IMG/VR virus record: IMGVR_UViG_3300033066_000802
Coordinates: 1 to 64,000 of that record
Direction: 5' to 3' (one strand)
From: a virus
Taxonomy: Duplodnaviria; Caudoviricetes
Length of the DNA: 64,000 nt
Both the position numbers and the translations under genes were made by a program. This document shows, in pieces, positions 16,165 to 25,720 of this stretch (within the stretch, counting starts at the first letter, position 1; every line of letters starts with the position of its first letter). The notes under the pieces are model-generated. The model had not been told where the DNA came from and did not search any database. It saw only the letters and a program-made list of their open reading frames with translations.

Positions 16165-16192
16165 AAAAAAACCCCAGCTTGTGACTGAGGTT
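16165..16192 (-). terminator. Intrinsic terminator (attenuator 2) immediately before tRNA-His
   Basis: AACCTCAG-TCACAAG-CTGGGGTT-TTTTT. Confidence 0.8.
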
Positions 16193-16216
16193 CCTTCGTA
16201 ATCTGCTTTTTCTTCT

Positions 16217-16300
16217 TTATGAAAGCACATGAGGAACCCTGGTCGGGTGATCATTCACTCTACCAAACGTAAATCCTATATTTATCATATGCTTTTTCAT
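16217..16300 (-). CDS. Putative attenuator leader peptide 2, MKKHMINIGFTFGRVNDHPTRVPHVLS
   Basis: 27 aa ORF between promoter and terminator; codons match the 9 downstream tRNA isotypes. Confidence 0.78.
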   Translation of the reverse strand: MKKHMINIGFTFGRVNDHPTRVPHVLS

Positions 16301-16340
16301 CGAAGATGTTTAAAATTTTACTTGTTATTAATAATTAGTA

Positions 16341-16371
16341 CAAAAGTACGAAAAGTTTTCGAAAAAACAAA
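16341..16371 (-). promoter_or_regulatory. Bacteroidota-type promoter heading the main tRNA block
   Basis: TTTG-N19-TACTTTTG. Confidence 0.78.
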
Positions 16372-16407
16372 TCTTTTTTCAAATATTTTTTATTTTAATT
16401 TGTTTTA

Positions 16408-16860
16408 TTAACTTTTTACTATTTTGTCAGCAGCATAAGTTGCAGCCCAAGCATTTGGTTTACCAGCAGCTTGATATCCTTTTGATATCGCATAACCAAT
16501 ACCCGAATCATACAATTCATTTGATCTTTCGGAAATCTTTGAGTTGTAATCGCAGTGAATTGTTATTGGTATACCAAGATCTTTTATTTCATCAGCAACC
16601 TGTACAGCTTTTTCAACTTCTGCCCAAAGCCTCATATTATTTGTTGGTTTTATGGCTTCAGTTGAACGTCTGTCGATTATATGACCACCCTTACCTTGTT
16701 CATAAAGACAAACACTTACACCATAATCAATTTTTCTGTCATGTTGTTGCGAATCACATCCAATGAATATTTGGATATTTGGTTTATTCTTTACCCACAA
16801 TTTAACATATTCTTTAAGGTCAGGTATTACAACACCCTGCCTTGTTCTGAACTTAGCCAT
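16408..16860 (-). CDS. YkuK-like (DUF458) RNase H-fold protein
   Basis: IFIGCDSQ, GKGGH, RLWAEV, IHCDYN, KP.AWAA...AD. Confidence 0.8.
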   Translation of the reverse strand: MAKFRTRQGVVIPDLKEYVKLWVKNKPNIQIFIGCDSQQHDRKIDYGVSVCLYEQGKGGHIIDRRSTEAIKPTNNMRLWAEVEKAVQVADEIKDLGIPITIHCDYNSKISERSNELYDSGIGYAISKGYQAAGKPNAWAATYAADKIVKS

Positions 16861-16982
16861 AATTTATCATTTTTTACAAAGATAAGTAATGTTTTTGAAA
16901 AAACAAAATTTTTAATGATTTAACTCATCATACTTATTCAACTCAGCAATTAACTGAGATACTGTTAAATATTTTCGTTTAC

Positions 16983-18578
16983 TCATATATCAAACGTTGT
17001 AAAACCTAACTGATTATTTTTATCTTTAATAAAAGATATGTGTTGTGCCCTACCATCATTATGTATTATCACATGTGATTGTAACCATGTACTGGCACCA
17101 ACATTATAACCAATACTCATTTTGGTTGATGTACCGACAGCTAAAGCACCATCTTTTCTTCCTGGTGTATGATAGTGACCCACTACAATTTTAGTATTCA
17201 AAGTTCTGAATTGGTTCAATGTACCCCTCGAACCATTTGAACCCTGGTCACCATGTTGACCAAGCTCCCAATTTTTCACCTTATAGGATTGATCCCTACC
17301 AAGTGTTATGAAATTTGGATACCTCTCATTTATTAATTGTGGTATTATACCACGAATATTATCTGGAGTTTTCTCGTATTGCTCCATAAGCATCTGAGCA
17401 AACTGCATATATAATTTAGAATTTTTAGTTGTTGGTTGTTTCTTCCAATCCTCAGTTCTTAACCACCTATCCAAAAAATCATCATGATTACTTCTAACAA
17501 TAACAACATTATCGAAGTTACTGAATTTATCCAAACCATTCATAAGGTCATCAATTTCTCTCTGTAATGAGTTTTGATTATGTATTTCTTTTGAATATTG
17601 AACGAAAGGATCTTTTAATTCATGGTGGTTTATCGACATACCATCAAACACATCATGTAGTATAACGTGACCTGGCTTGATTTTACCCATTAAGTTAATT
17701 GTTTGGTTCACGACACCCTCTTCATGATTACCAAAATGTAAATCACCAAGTACAATAGCCGCCATACTATTTATCTTATTTACTTTAGTATCTTCAACTC
17801 TATAACAAAGATCTGTGAATGAACCTGTCTTATCATCAGCTGTTACTTGTCTAACATAAAAAATATCCTTATCTTTAATTTCGACAATAACAAAACCATA
17901 TGTGTGATGGAATTCACCTTTCTTACCAGCTTTAGAATCGGTATAGTTTGGAACTGATATAGCACCAGTGGTTAACATCATTTTTGGTTTATTACCTTTT
18001 AATACGGGTATCATCTCCAATTGTACCTTTGGCGCACCAAATACACATGAATTCACACCACTAACACCCTGCAACCCACTCATAGGATTGGTGGCTGTTG
18101 GTTGTATCTTAATGTCTGACATGATTGATACGTATTTATGTATATCATGTCTGTTTGCATCCAAATATGGTAAAACTGCGTTATCCCAATAATCATATTC
18201 ATTATCAGTAAATACTGATGTTGGGTTTTTATACCTACCAGCAATAACATGAATATCAGCATCAATATGTTCTGCGTAAGCTTTCATATTATTCAATAAT
18301 TTTGTATGTATTGCCGTATTATTTTGCGCCCACGTAATTAGAAAGCGTGATTTAGATTTATCATGCTCTTTTAGTTTTGCTGTTTCATATTGCTCAGATT
18401 CAATTTCAATCTTTTCCTTAAATCCTAATTTTTCGGAACACCATTTCCTAACAGTTCTTTCAGATCTATCAAAAAGATCCATAAGTAATTTCATCCTTTC
18501 ATCCCAAGATAATTCTTTATCTGTGTAAATTTGTCTTGCACTTTCTATTTGTGCGGCTGTTAATTCTTTAAATTTCAT
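16983..18578 (-). CDS. T5 A1-like metallophosphoesterase/nuclease with N-terminal HTH
   Basis: ITWAQNNT, GDLHFG, HDVFDG, SNHD, GQHGD.G.NGSRG, GHYH motifs. Confidence 0.7.
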   Translation of the reverse strand: MKFKELTAAQIESARQIYTDKELSWDERMKLLMDLFDRSERTVRKWCSEKLGFKEKIEIESEQYETAKLKEHDKSKSRFLITWAQNNTAIHTKLLNNMKAYAEHIDADIHVIAGRYKNPTSVFTDNEYDYWDNAVLPYLDANRHDIHKYVSIMSDIKIQPTATNPMSGLQGVSGVNSCVFGAPKVQLEMIPVLKGNKPKMMLTTGAISVPNYTDSKAGKKGEFHHTYGFVIVEIKDKDIFYVRQVTADDKTGSFTDLCYRVEDTKVNKINSMAAIVLGDLHFGNHEEGVVNQTINLMGKIKPGHVILHDVFDGMSINHHELKDPFVQYSKEIHNQNSLQREIDDLMNGLDKFSNFDNVVIVRSNHDDFLDRWLRTEDWKKQPTTKNSKLYMQFAQMLMEQYEKTPDNIRGIIPQLINERYPNFITLGRDQSYKVKNWELGQHGDQGSNGSRGTLNQFRTLNTKIVVGHYHTPGRKDGALAVGTSTKMSIGYNVGASTWLQSHVIIHNDGRAQHISFIKDKNNQLGFTTFDI

Positions 18579-18584
18579 ATGTAC

Positions 18585-19505
18585 TTAATTGTGTTTACCT
18601 CTTTCTTTAGGATATGGTAGATCAACCAATTTAGGGTTTAAAGATCTAAATTTTTCTCGTAATACGAGTGTTTCTTTTTTATTAGCTCCTTGTATATAAA
18701 GATATTTATGTTTTTTACTTAATTTTCTCTTCTCACAAGATAACATATAATCTTTGCTTAATGTTCTAACCCTATCCTCAATATCTTTTGGCATATTACC
18801 CCAAAGAATATTATCACCATCTTGCCATGTTTTATTCCAAATAATACCATCATCTACAGCCAATCTTTTATAGACACTACGACTTCTAAAATATCTATCA
18901 GATACCCATTTTCCAGATGGTATTTTATATTGACAAGCCGCACCAGATGATTGACCTAAATAGATAAAATTACACGCTTGGTATATCGTACCCAATTCTT
19001 TAGCTTCGGGGTCAGAATAGGCTGTAAACACCCTATAATCTGTATTTTTAACCATCCACTTGATAGAATACATTATCAATGATGATCCGAGGTTTTTAGG
19101 TGACCAAGAAATACAAGCCCCACGTGAAATCAATCTCTCAATCTTTCGTGTTTTTTCCCCCAATAATTTTGAAAATGAATTAGGCATATCCATTATTATC
19201 ACACCTGCCAAGATATCTTTATATTTAGCTATAAAGAAGTGTGTAGGGTAATTACTTATTGTACCTAACCATTCATGTCTTTTAATAAATTGCTTTATTC
19301 GTCCAACCATTTCCTTATCGGATTTTGGTACAAACTCAAATGTGAAATCGGTAACTTTTAAATTATCAACAATTTCCTGAGTTAAGTTAGATTGAATAAT
19401 ATCCTCAATTCTATTATCTTCACGGATTTGAAACTGCCAGCAATGATCTTTATCGTAATTTTTAAATCTATCCGTAATATCCAATACTTCCTTACCCATA
19501 TTCAT
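18585..19505 (-). CDS. Mom-like (GNAT-fold) DNA modification protein
   Basis: FIKRHEWLG, ISR...PKN..S.LI, YSDP....GTIYQACNF.Y.G. Confidence 0.72.
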   Translation of the reverse strand: MNMGKEVLDITDRFKNYDKDHCWQFQIREDNRIEDIIQSNLTQEIVDNLKVTDFTFEFVPKSDKEMVGRIKQFIKRHEWLGTISNYPTHFFIAKYKDILAGVIIMDMPNSFSKLLGEKTRKIERLISRGACISWSPKNLGSSLIMYSIKWMVKNTDYRVFTAYSDPEAKELGTIYQACNFIYLGQSSGAACQYKIPSGKWVSDRYFRSRSVYKRLAVDDGIIWNKTWQDGDNILWGNMPKDIEDRVRTLSKDYMLSCEKRKLSKKHKYLYIQGANKKETLVLREKFRSLNPKLVDLPYPKERGKHN

Positions 19506-19550
19506 TTCTAATTACTACAATAGTAATCAAAGAAACCCTAAAAAACAAGT

Positions 19551-20708
19551 TTATTGTAAAACACGCCTCACTTTTCCTTCAAGAAAGGCTTTATAGTTAG
19601 GTCCTCTTAAAATTACTATTTCATTACCCTCACGCTTAAACCTAAAAATACCAGCCGCTTCAGAGGAATCTAACAATGTTTGTAAATACCCCTGTTTATG
19701 TTTAAGGTTATTTTGCTCAAAAAAGTCATCAAGGATAGGTTTTTGAGCTGTATTAATAAACGATATTAGGTCGAGTATTATTTTATTTTTATTAGGTGAG
19801 CTAAAGGAATATGCATATGTTGGGTTATCGCTCTTCCAAAACACATATCTTGTATTAAATGGTTCGAGTAATATTACTTTAGTGTCGATGATCTTTTTTA
19901 ACAAATTAAAAAAAGTCTTTCTGAAAAACTTCTCAGCAACAAATTCATTTGTTGGTATTCTATATATCTCTAAAAAAGTCTTTATCAACATAGCTCCTTT
20001 ATTATCCTTAACAAATATTTCAATTTTATTAGAATCGTTAGGAAATAATATTGTTTCAATTTTTAAATTAGGTGCATCTTTATTCTCCCAAACAATAAAT
20101 AATTTACCGTTAGGTTCTGGCTTCTTTAATGGTTTCCAATTTTCAGCGTCAGTACGTAATGTATATTTATTGAATTTAGCCTCGAATGTTGTTTTCAACA
20201 CCAAATCCACTTTTTTAGGGTTCTGCGTTTTCCTTTGTTTAACACCAACTGGTAAATTTTGTGTTTGTTGGTGTCCTGGTTCCTTAGTTAGTGGAATATT
20301 TGATGCCGCATTCGGTTGTACAGGCGCTGGTGCTGGTTGTCCAGCTGGTGCTGGTGTACCCATTTGATTTAATTCCTCATCGACTTGTTTAAAAAAATCT
20401 TCAACAATATCTCTATGCGACTTTTTTATAGGTACTTTAATCTGATGACCATCGTACAAATCCGATGTTTCCAGAATTAAGTTGTCATAATCAACACATA
20501 ATCCATATTCCTCAAGTGTTAAATCCAGGTGATTATCTATGAAATCAGATATAAATAAATTTACATTACCATGTATTTCATTAATTGGTAATATTTCACT
20601 ATAAAACCCATTTTCCTCATTCATATCAATGGAAATCTTATCAGATTTCTTACCTTCTGATAACAAATTACCTATTGTAGTATATCTTAATATGTCGATT
20701 TTTCTCAC
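19551..20708 (-). CDS. Hypothetical protein with Pro/Gln linker
   Basis: 385 aa ORF preceded by TATTTAT motif. Confidence 0.7.
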   Translation of the reverse strand: MRKIDILRYTTIGNLLSEGKKSDKISIDMNEENGFYSEILPINEIHGNVNLFISDFIDNHLDLTLEEYGLCVDYDNLILETSDLYDGHQIKVPIKKSHRDIVEDFFKQVDEELNQMGTPAPAGQPAPAPVQPNAASNIPLTKEPGHQQTQNLPVGVKQRKTQNPKKVDLVLKTTFEAKFNKYTLRTDAENWKPLKKPEPNGKLFIVWENKDAPNLKIETILFPNDSNKIEIFVKDNKGAMLIKTFLEIYRIPTNEFVAEKFFRKTFFNLLKKIIDTKVILLEPFNTRYVFWKSDNPTYAYSFSSPNKNKIILDLISFINTAQKPILDDFFEQNNLKHKQGYLQTLLDSSEAAGIFRFKREGNEIVILRGPNYKAFLEGKVRRVLQ

Positions 20709-20749
20709 AAGAATTCTTTTTTATAAATAGTATGAAACACCATTAAATT

Positions 20750-22477
20750 CTAAAAATATGCCACAGCGCACTTTTGTGGTTTACTCTCAGCTTGTGTGAT
20801 TAATTGTTGAACTACATCTTCAGGTATATTTGTACCAACAAAATTACAAGCAACCAAATCTTCTAATTTTGTAAGATATTCTGGAACTTTTTTCAAATTC
20901 TTGTTAAAATGTACGTCAATCATATATAGATCCTTTAAAGACATTAAATAATCAGGTATTTCTTTAATATCACAATTTGATGCCGTAATTCTATATAATT
21001 TATTAATATTACCGATTGTTGGTAATGATTTTAATTTATTATTATCATCCAAAATCAAATGTTCCAAATTAACAAGTCCAGATATATCAAAATTATTTAA
21101 TATATTACAATTACTTAAATCTAACTCAATTAGTGATGTTAATTCGTTTATATAGTCAGGAACGACTGTTAATTTGTCATTATCACATATCTGTAAATGT
21201 CTTAATTTTTTTAATTTAGTGAATGACTCAGGAATATTATCAATATCACAACCAATTAAGATAAGTTTTTTTAAAGATACAATATCGCCAATTTCATTCA
21301 AAGCTTTGGGTGATAATTTAAAATCATCCAATTCAATACTTTCTGGCTGAACTCTTTTTAAGACAGAAATTAATTCATCACCGTAACCTAATGTCTTTAA
21401 AAAATTTATAACTTGCTCTGGTTTACCTGTTTGGAGTAATTTAAAAGCCGCCGCATCAACGTATTTACTAAAAAAACTTTTAACTTTTGGGTAATTTTTA
21501 AGAAACAAATTTATTTTTATAGGTGTATCTCTGGCATCCATATATTGACTCGATTCGAAATGAAACTGAAGTCTAACATTTGGTTTATTCCGTATATGAT
21601 ATACTGAACCGTAACCCTTTTTAATTAAAACTAAAAGAGGTCCTTGATCATGATAGCTACTAAACATGCTCATGTACCTGGTTCCAGCTGTACACCAAGA
21701 AGTATTCTTACCAAAAATAGCATTAGCCTCTTTATTATGCGTTTGTACAATTACCCATGTATCATCCTCATAAACCAATTCCGCTATAGGTTCCTCCGTT
21801 TCACTAAAAACTTTATCAGTTTTAACTGGAGCATTAACAAAATTTTGTATACACTTAATCTCGCTATGCGTTAATGTATGTACCTGCTCACTATCATCAT
21901 CACCTAACGCAGCATACGGTTTAATCGTATTAATGAATTCATTATATGTTTTATATTGATTTATATCTCTTTGTTGGTTAGACAACACTGATGTCTTTTT
22001 TAGAAAAATAAACACCTCAATAGCTTCCGCTATCTTTCCGAGATCCTCAAAAAATAAATTCTCAGCTGACACAGTTTTTTCACTAAACTGCTCATTTGTC
22101 TTATTTTGTTTTGTTATTTGTGGTCTATTACGGCACAGATCACCATATAGATTAATATACCACTGCATATACTCCTTATTTGGCGATGGGTCAAATTTAA
22201 GGAAATAGTTAAATAATGCGTCTTTGAATGTGTTACCAAGCGACTTAATATTGATACCCATGCGATTTACGAAACTCAGAAACGATACATCCACATAATT
22301 CTCTGGAATATCTTCAGTAAAAAGATTCTTTGTTTTCGATGCATCACCAATAATTAACATTACATCGGAATTCTCTCGATGATTAATTAATTTATCTTTT
22401 TTGATAGATTTCTCGTATTGTTTTGTAAACTGGTCGTAAACGAAACTTAACCGACTACTCAACTTATTATCGCTCAT
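20750..22477 (-). CDS. Phage protein with C-terminal leucine-rich repeats
   Basis: LxxLxxLxLxxC/N repeats in last ~200 aa; central G..T.WCT motif. Confidence 0.78.
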   Translation of the reverse strand: MSDNKLSSRLSFVYDQFTKQYEKSIKKDKLINHRENSDVMLIIGDASKTKNLFTEDIPENYVDVSFLSFVNRMGINIKSLGNTFKDALFNYFLKFDPSPNKEYMQWYINLYGDLCRNRPQITKQNKTNEQFSEKTVSAENLFFEDLGKIAEAIEVFIFLKKTSVLSNQQRDINQYKTYNEFINTIKPYAALGDDDSEQVHTLTHSEIKCIQNFVNAPVKTDKVFSETEEPIAELVYEDDTWVIVQTHNKEANAIFGKNTSWCTAGTRYMSMFSSYHDQGPLLVLIKKGYGSVYHIRNKPNVRLQFHFESSQYMDARDTPIKINLFLKNYPKVKSFFSKYVDAAAFKLLQTGKPEQVINFLKTLGYGDELISVLKRVQPESIELDDFKLSPKALNEIGDIVSLKKLILIGCDIDNIPESFTKLKKLRHLQICDNDKLTVVPDYINELTSLIELDLSNCNILNNFDISGLVNLEHLILDDNNKLKSLPTIGNINKLYRITASNCDIKEIPDYLMSLKDLYMIDVHFNKNLKKVPEYLTKLEDLVACNFVGTNIPEDVVQQLITQAESKPQKCAVAYF

Positions 22478-22528
22478 AATTAGGTATTATCTTCAAAATT
22501 AAGAAAAACAAACCTATAAACCAAATTT

Positions 22529-22957
22529 TTAGTAGAAAACTTTGGAACCGTCTTCATCATACTTGATGAATTTCTTTATTATGATACCAGCTTTAGCGTT
22601 AGCTTCATCCTCTATTTCACCACCAACGTCCTGGACAGGGTGTTTAACCCTATTTTCCTCATATTGTCTTTTATGTGTTAATTCATGTGCAATACTTCGC
22701 ATAACATCACCTAACATCCTACCTTTAGCGTAAACGATAAGAATCTTATTCTTTTCAAGATAAAATGCTGTTGTTTTAATACCATATTTCTCCCTATCAG
22801 CCACCAATTTAGCCTTAAAATTACCTTCAATTTTAAGTTCATTAATACAAAAATTAATGAATTTATTAGTTAAATATTTCTTTTCCTGATCATAACCAAG
22901 GTCTGGATCAAAAGAAATATCAAACTTACCCTTTAATACGGTTTCAACAAGTTTCAT
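22529..22957 (-). CDS. Zincin-like metallopeptidase domain protein
   Basis: RSIAHELTHKRQ (HExxH) and EDEANA. Confidence 0.72.
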   Translation of the reverse strand: MKLVETVLKGKFDISFDPDLGYDQEKKYLTNKFINFCINELKIEGNFKAKLVADREKYGIKTTAFYLEKNKILIVYAKGRMLGDVMRSIAHELTHKRQYEENRVKHPVQDVGGEIEDEANAKAGIIIKKFIKYDEDGSKVFY

Positions 22958-22978
22958 GTATATAAATATATAAAAATA

Positions 22979-25120
22979 TTATAAAAGAGCCTGATTCACA
23001 GCACTTATTACCTGTTGTGGTGATATCATTTTGGAACATTCAAACATTCGTGTAGTTCCTTTATGATCTGGACACCAATCCCAGTCCCCAGCGTTTAATT
23101 TATGCCTATTAAAACAACCAGTACACGCACGTGGATTATTATTAGAAATTCTAATACAATCAGAAAATTCAGTGTATGGTTCACTAAACCCTGAAATCAT
23201 AATTGTTTTAGTCCCCAGCGCCCAAGATACCCAACTTAAACCACTACCCAACCCAATAAATAAATCGGCGTTTAATATATCAGCCATTCTATCTTTCATT
23301 GGTAAATCACCTGTCTTGTCAATTACATTTTGTAATTTCTCACCTATTTTAACATCATGGAAAGGGTCACCTAACTTTTCTTGTGTTATCATAACAACCT
23401 TATAACCTAAACCATTTAAATGATCGATTACAGCTTGCCATCCACCAGGAGCATTCCAATATTTAGCATGTGCCGATGCGTGTGGTGCAATTACCACATA
23501 TTTACCTTTTATATTTGTTTCAGTCTTTGTAATATTTATTTTAGGTTTTATTTCCATATGTGGAAGACCTAATATAGATGTACATGTGTCTTGTAATGGT
23601 TTTTGTTTAAAATCAATAGGAACCATGTTATAATCAACCGCATCACCCTTATAAAACCAACCAATATAAAACATAGCATATATATTATGTGCTACTTGAC
23701 CTGGTTCTATAAATTTAATTTCTGGGTATGATTTCCTAAACCATTCATTATTAAATGTTGAAACTGTTACATTTGCATTATGTTTTTTCCTGAATTCTTC
23801 AATTGGTGCCATCCACGCTATGGTATCACCAATTGCCCTTGATTCCAATGAAACATAAACATTTCTACCTTCTGGGTTAAATTTATGTTCAGAAATTAAC
23901 ATATTATCACGATATACCTTTATATGCCAATTTATTAAATATTTCTTATCAGTTTCAGACCAACAATTGTTATTAATTGTTGTTGTATACTCACAAACAC
24001 CAGTATCCGTATTTATGAATTCAATAAAATATTGAGCTGGTTCGTCACCAAGTATCTCAACCTTAGCCCCTTTAATGAAAGTATAATTTATTGTATTTTG
24101 TATCTTATTATTTAATATTGGGTGATTACTTATAGGTGTTTCTTCGTAAATTTTTATTAATTGATCTTTCATGGATATTTCCCTATTTATTGTTGATTCG
24201 TAAAATCCTATTAATTTATTTGTTATATTTTTAAATGAATGATCATTAGCTGTTGATAAACATGTTTTAACATACATATCATAATTTTTTATAACTGTTG
24301 TTATACCATTTATAATTTGTCTAACATCTCTTTCTACCCTACAAAGACCTGGTAAATTACCAGCAGCCTCATAGGTACCCACAACAGGCAAACCACAAGC
24401 CATAGCCTCAAGTAATGTTAGATTCGGATGCCCAGCCTCAAGTATTGATGGGTGTAAAAAAATTGTATGTTCCCTATACACCTTTAATAATTCTTCCTCA
24501 TTAACATCAAATAAAATTGTTAATTTATCATATTCATTCCGATAATTTTCAAAGAAATTTTTATTATTAGAAGGACCTACTATTGTTAACGGTATATTCA
24601 TTATTTTAGCCGCTTGTATGGCATATGAAAAGCCTTTCCTGTCAAAACCCTGGTTATGTGCAAATCCATTATTTGCAACACATAATAATTTATGAAATTC
24701 AGGTTTTTCAGGTATTGGTTTAAAGAATTCAGTATTAACACCATGCTCCAAATAATGCAACTTAGGATGATAATTAAAGTATGGTATTAAAAATTTTGCT
24801 GGAACAAAACTCATTATAGACTTTTCTATAGCCTCTAAGTTTTCTTTATAGTTATGTGATTCCCTACCATGCACATATGCATGATGATCATGTAAAGTAA
24901 AAATATAGGGTATACCACGTTCATAAGCCTCTAACGCAAGATTAGCAACATGAATATGTATAATATCTGATGATTTATCAACATCATTCAAATACCGTAT
25001 CTCACTTTTATGACCAACACTAATTGAATTCAAGTGGTATTCCCAGATAATTTTTTCAACCGCACCCCAACCATTTGGTGGTATGGGTAATAAACCTGGC
25101 GTTACTTGTGTTATCTTCAT
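22979..25120 (-). CDS. GT4 glycosyltransferase fused to Aah/TibC-like (BAHT/GT9) heptosyltransferase domain
   Basis: PP.GWGAVE, LHPS..E....LLEAMACGLPVV; then SRAIGDTIAW, AKYWN.PGGWQ.V, FIGLGSGLSW.SWA, ISGFS.PYTEF, CTGCFN...WCP.H.....FECSK.I. Confidence 0.85.
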   Translation of the reverse strand: MKITQVTPGLLPIPPNGWGAVEKIIWEYHLNSISVGHKSEIRYLNDVDKSSDIIHIHVANLALEAYERGIPYIFTLHDHHAYVHGRESHNYKENLEAIEKSIMSFVPAKFLIPYFNYHPKLHYLEHGVNTEFFKPIPEKPEFHKLLCVANNGFAHNQGFDRKGFSYAIQAAKIMNIPLTIVGPSNNKNFFENYRNEYDKLTILFDVNEEELLKVYREHTIFLHPSILEAGHPNLTLLEAMACGLPVVGTYEAAGNLPGLCRVERDVRQIINGITTVIKNYDMYVKTCLSTANDHSFKNITNKLIGFYESTINREISMKDQLIKIYEETPISNHPILNNKIQNTINYTFIKGAKVEILGDEPAQYFIEFINTDTGVCEYTTTINNNCWSETDKKYLINWHIKVYRDNMLISEHKFNPEGRNVYVSLESRAIGDTIAWMAPIEEFRKKHNANVTVSTFNNEWFRKSYPEIKFIEPGQVAHNIYAMFYIGWFYKGDAVDYNMVPIDFKQKPLQDTCTSILGLPHMEIKPKINITKTETNIKGKYVVIAPHASAHAKYWNAPGGWQAVIDHLNGLGYKVVMITQEKLGDPFHDVKIGEKLQNVIDKTGDLPMKDRMADILNADLFIGLGSGLSWVSWALGTKTIMISGFSEPYTEFSDCIRISNNNPRACTGCFNRHKLNAGDWDWCPDHKGTTRMFECSKMISPQQVISAVNQALL

Positions 25121-25716
25121 TTGAAAAATATTTTGTTATAGATTGACACTATTTTACCATCTTCTGTAAAACCTCTAACATCAAGAATTGGTGCGTTTTT
25201 ATAGTATGTTTCAAATTCAGAAATCGGATCTTCACCGAGGTATAAATAATATGGTATTTTAGCCTGATTCATAAACATTGATAAAACTGAAGAATGTATA
25301 TGCCTTTCTTTAGCATTAGCAAGTAATCTTATAGCTTCTAAGTAATCCACCATTGTATCCACACACTCAAACGATGGATAATACGCACCCATTGCGTAAG
25401 AACATAAAATCTTATCAGATAGTGTATTAAATTGAAGATCAAGGTTTAAGATAAAATCAACATCATCAGGCGAGGTACTATCAACCTCACAATTGGTTGT
25501 AATATACGAACCTGGCTTAAAATTCTCAATATCATCAATTAACAGATAATCATCGGTAAATGATTGTAACTTTATTATTGATTCAGCTGCCGCAAATTTA
25601 ATCGTATCAGGAACCATAAAGCATATCTTATCTTTATGTTTTTTACTTATCAAAGAATACTTTGGTAAATTAGATACAAAATCTTTAAGACTTCCTGTGT
25701 GTTTTATTCCTATCAT
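25117..25716 (-). CDS. Hypothetical protein in glycosylation cluster (possible degenerate GT9-like)
   Basis: 199 aa, translationally coupled to the GT genes. Confidence 0.6.
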   Translation of the reverse strand: MIGIKHTGSLKDFVSNLPKYSLISKKHKDKICFMVPDTIKFAAAESIIKLQSFTDDYLLIDDIENFKPGSYITTNCEVDSTSPDDVDFILNLDLQFNTLSDKILCSYAMGAYYPSFECVDTMVDYLEAIRLLANAKERHIHSSVLSMFMNQAKIPYYLYLGEDPISEFETYYKNAPILDVRGFTEDGKIVSIYNKIFFK

Positions 25717-25720
25717 ATAT

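Noticed and set aside
4800-16400. tmRNA, RNase P RNA or T-box leaders
   Set aside because: No tag ORF with tRNA-Ala-like ends, no RNase P P4 consensus and no T-box TGGNACC antiterminator bulge recognised; the leaders are short and contain ORFs.
5005-16411. ORF-track entries overlapping tRNAs/ncRNAs (e.g. 5770-5973, 8425-8613, 10128-10313, 14154-14384, 14261-14515, 16045-16254)
   Set aside because: They read through cloverleafs, structured RNAs or the attenuator and lack protein-like features.
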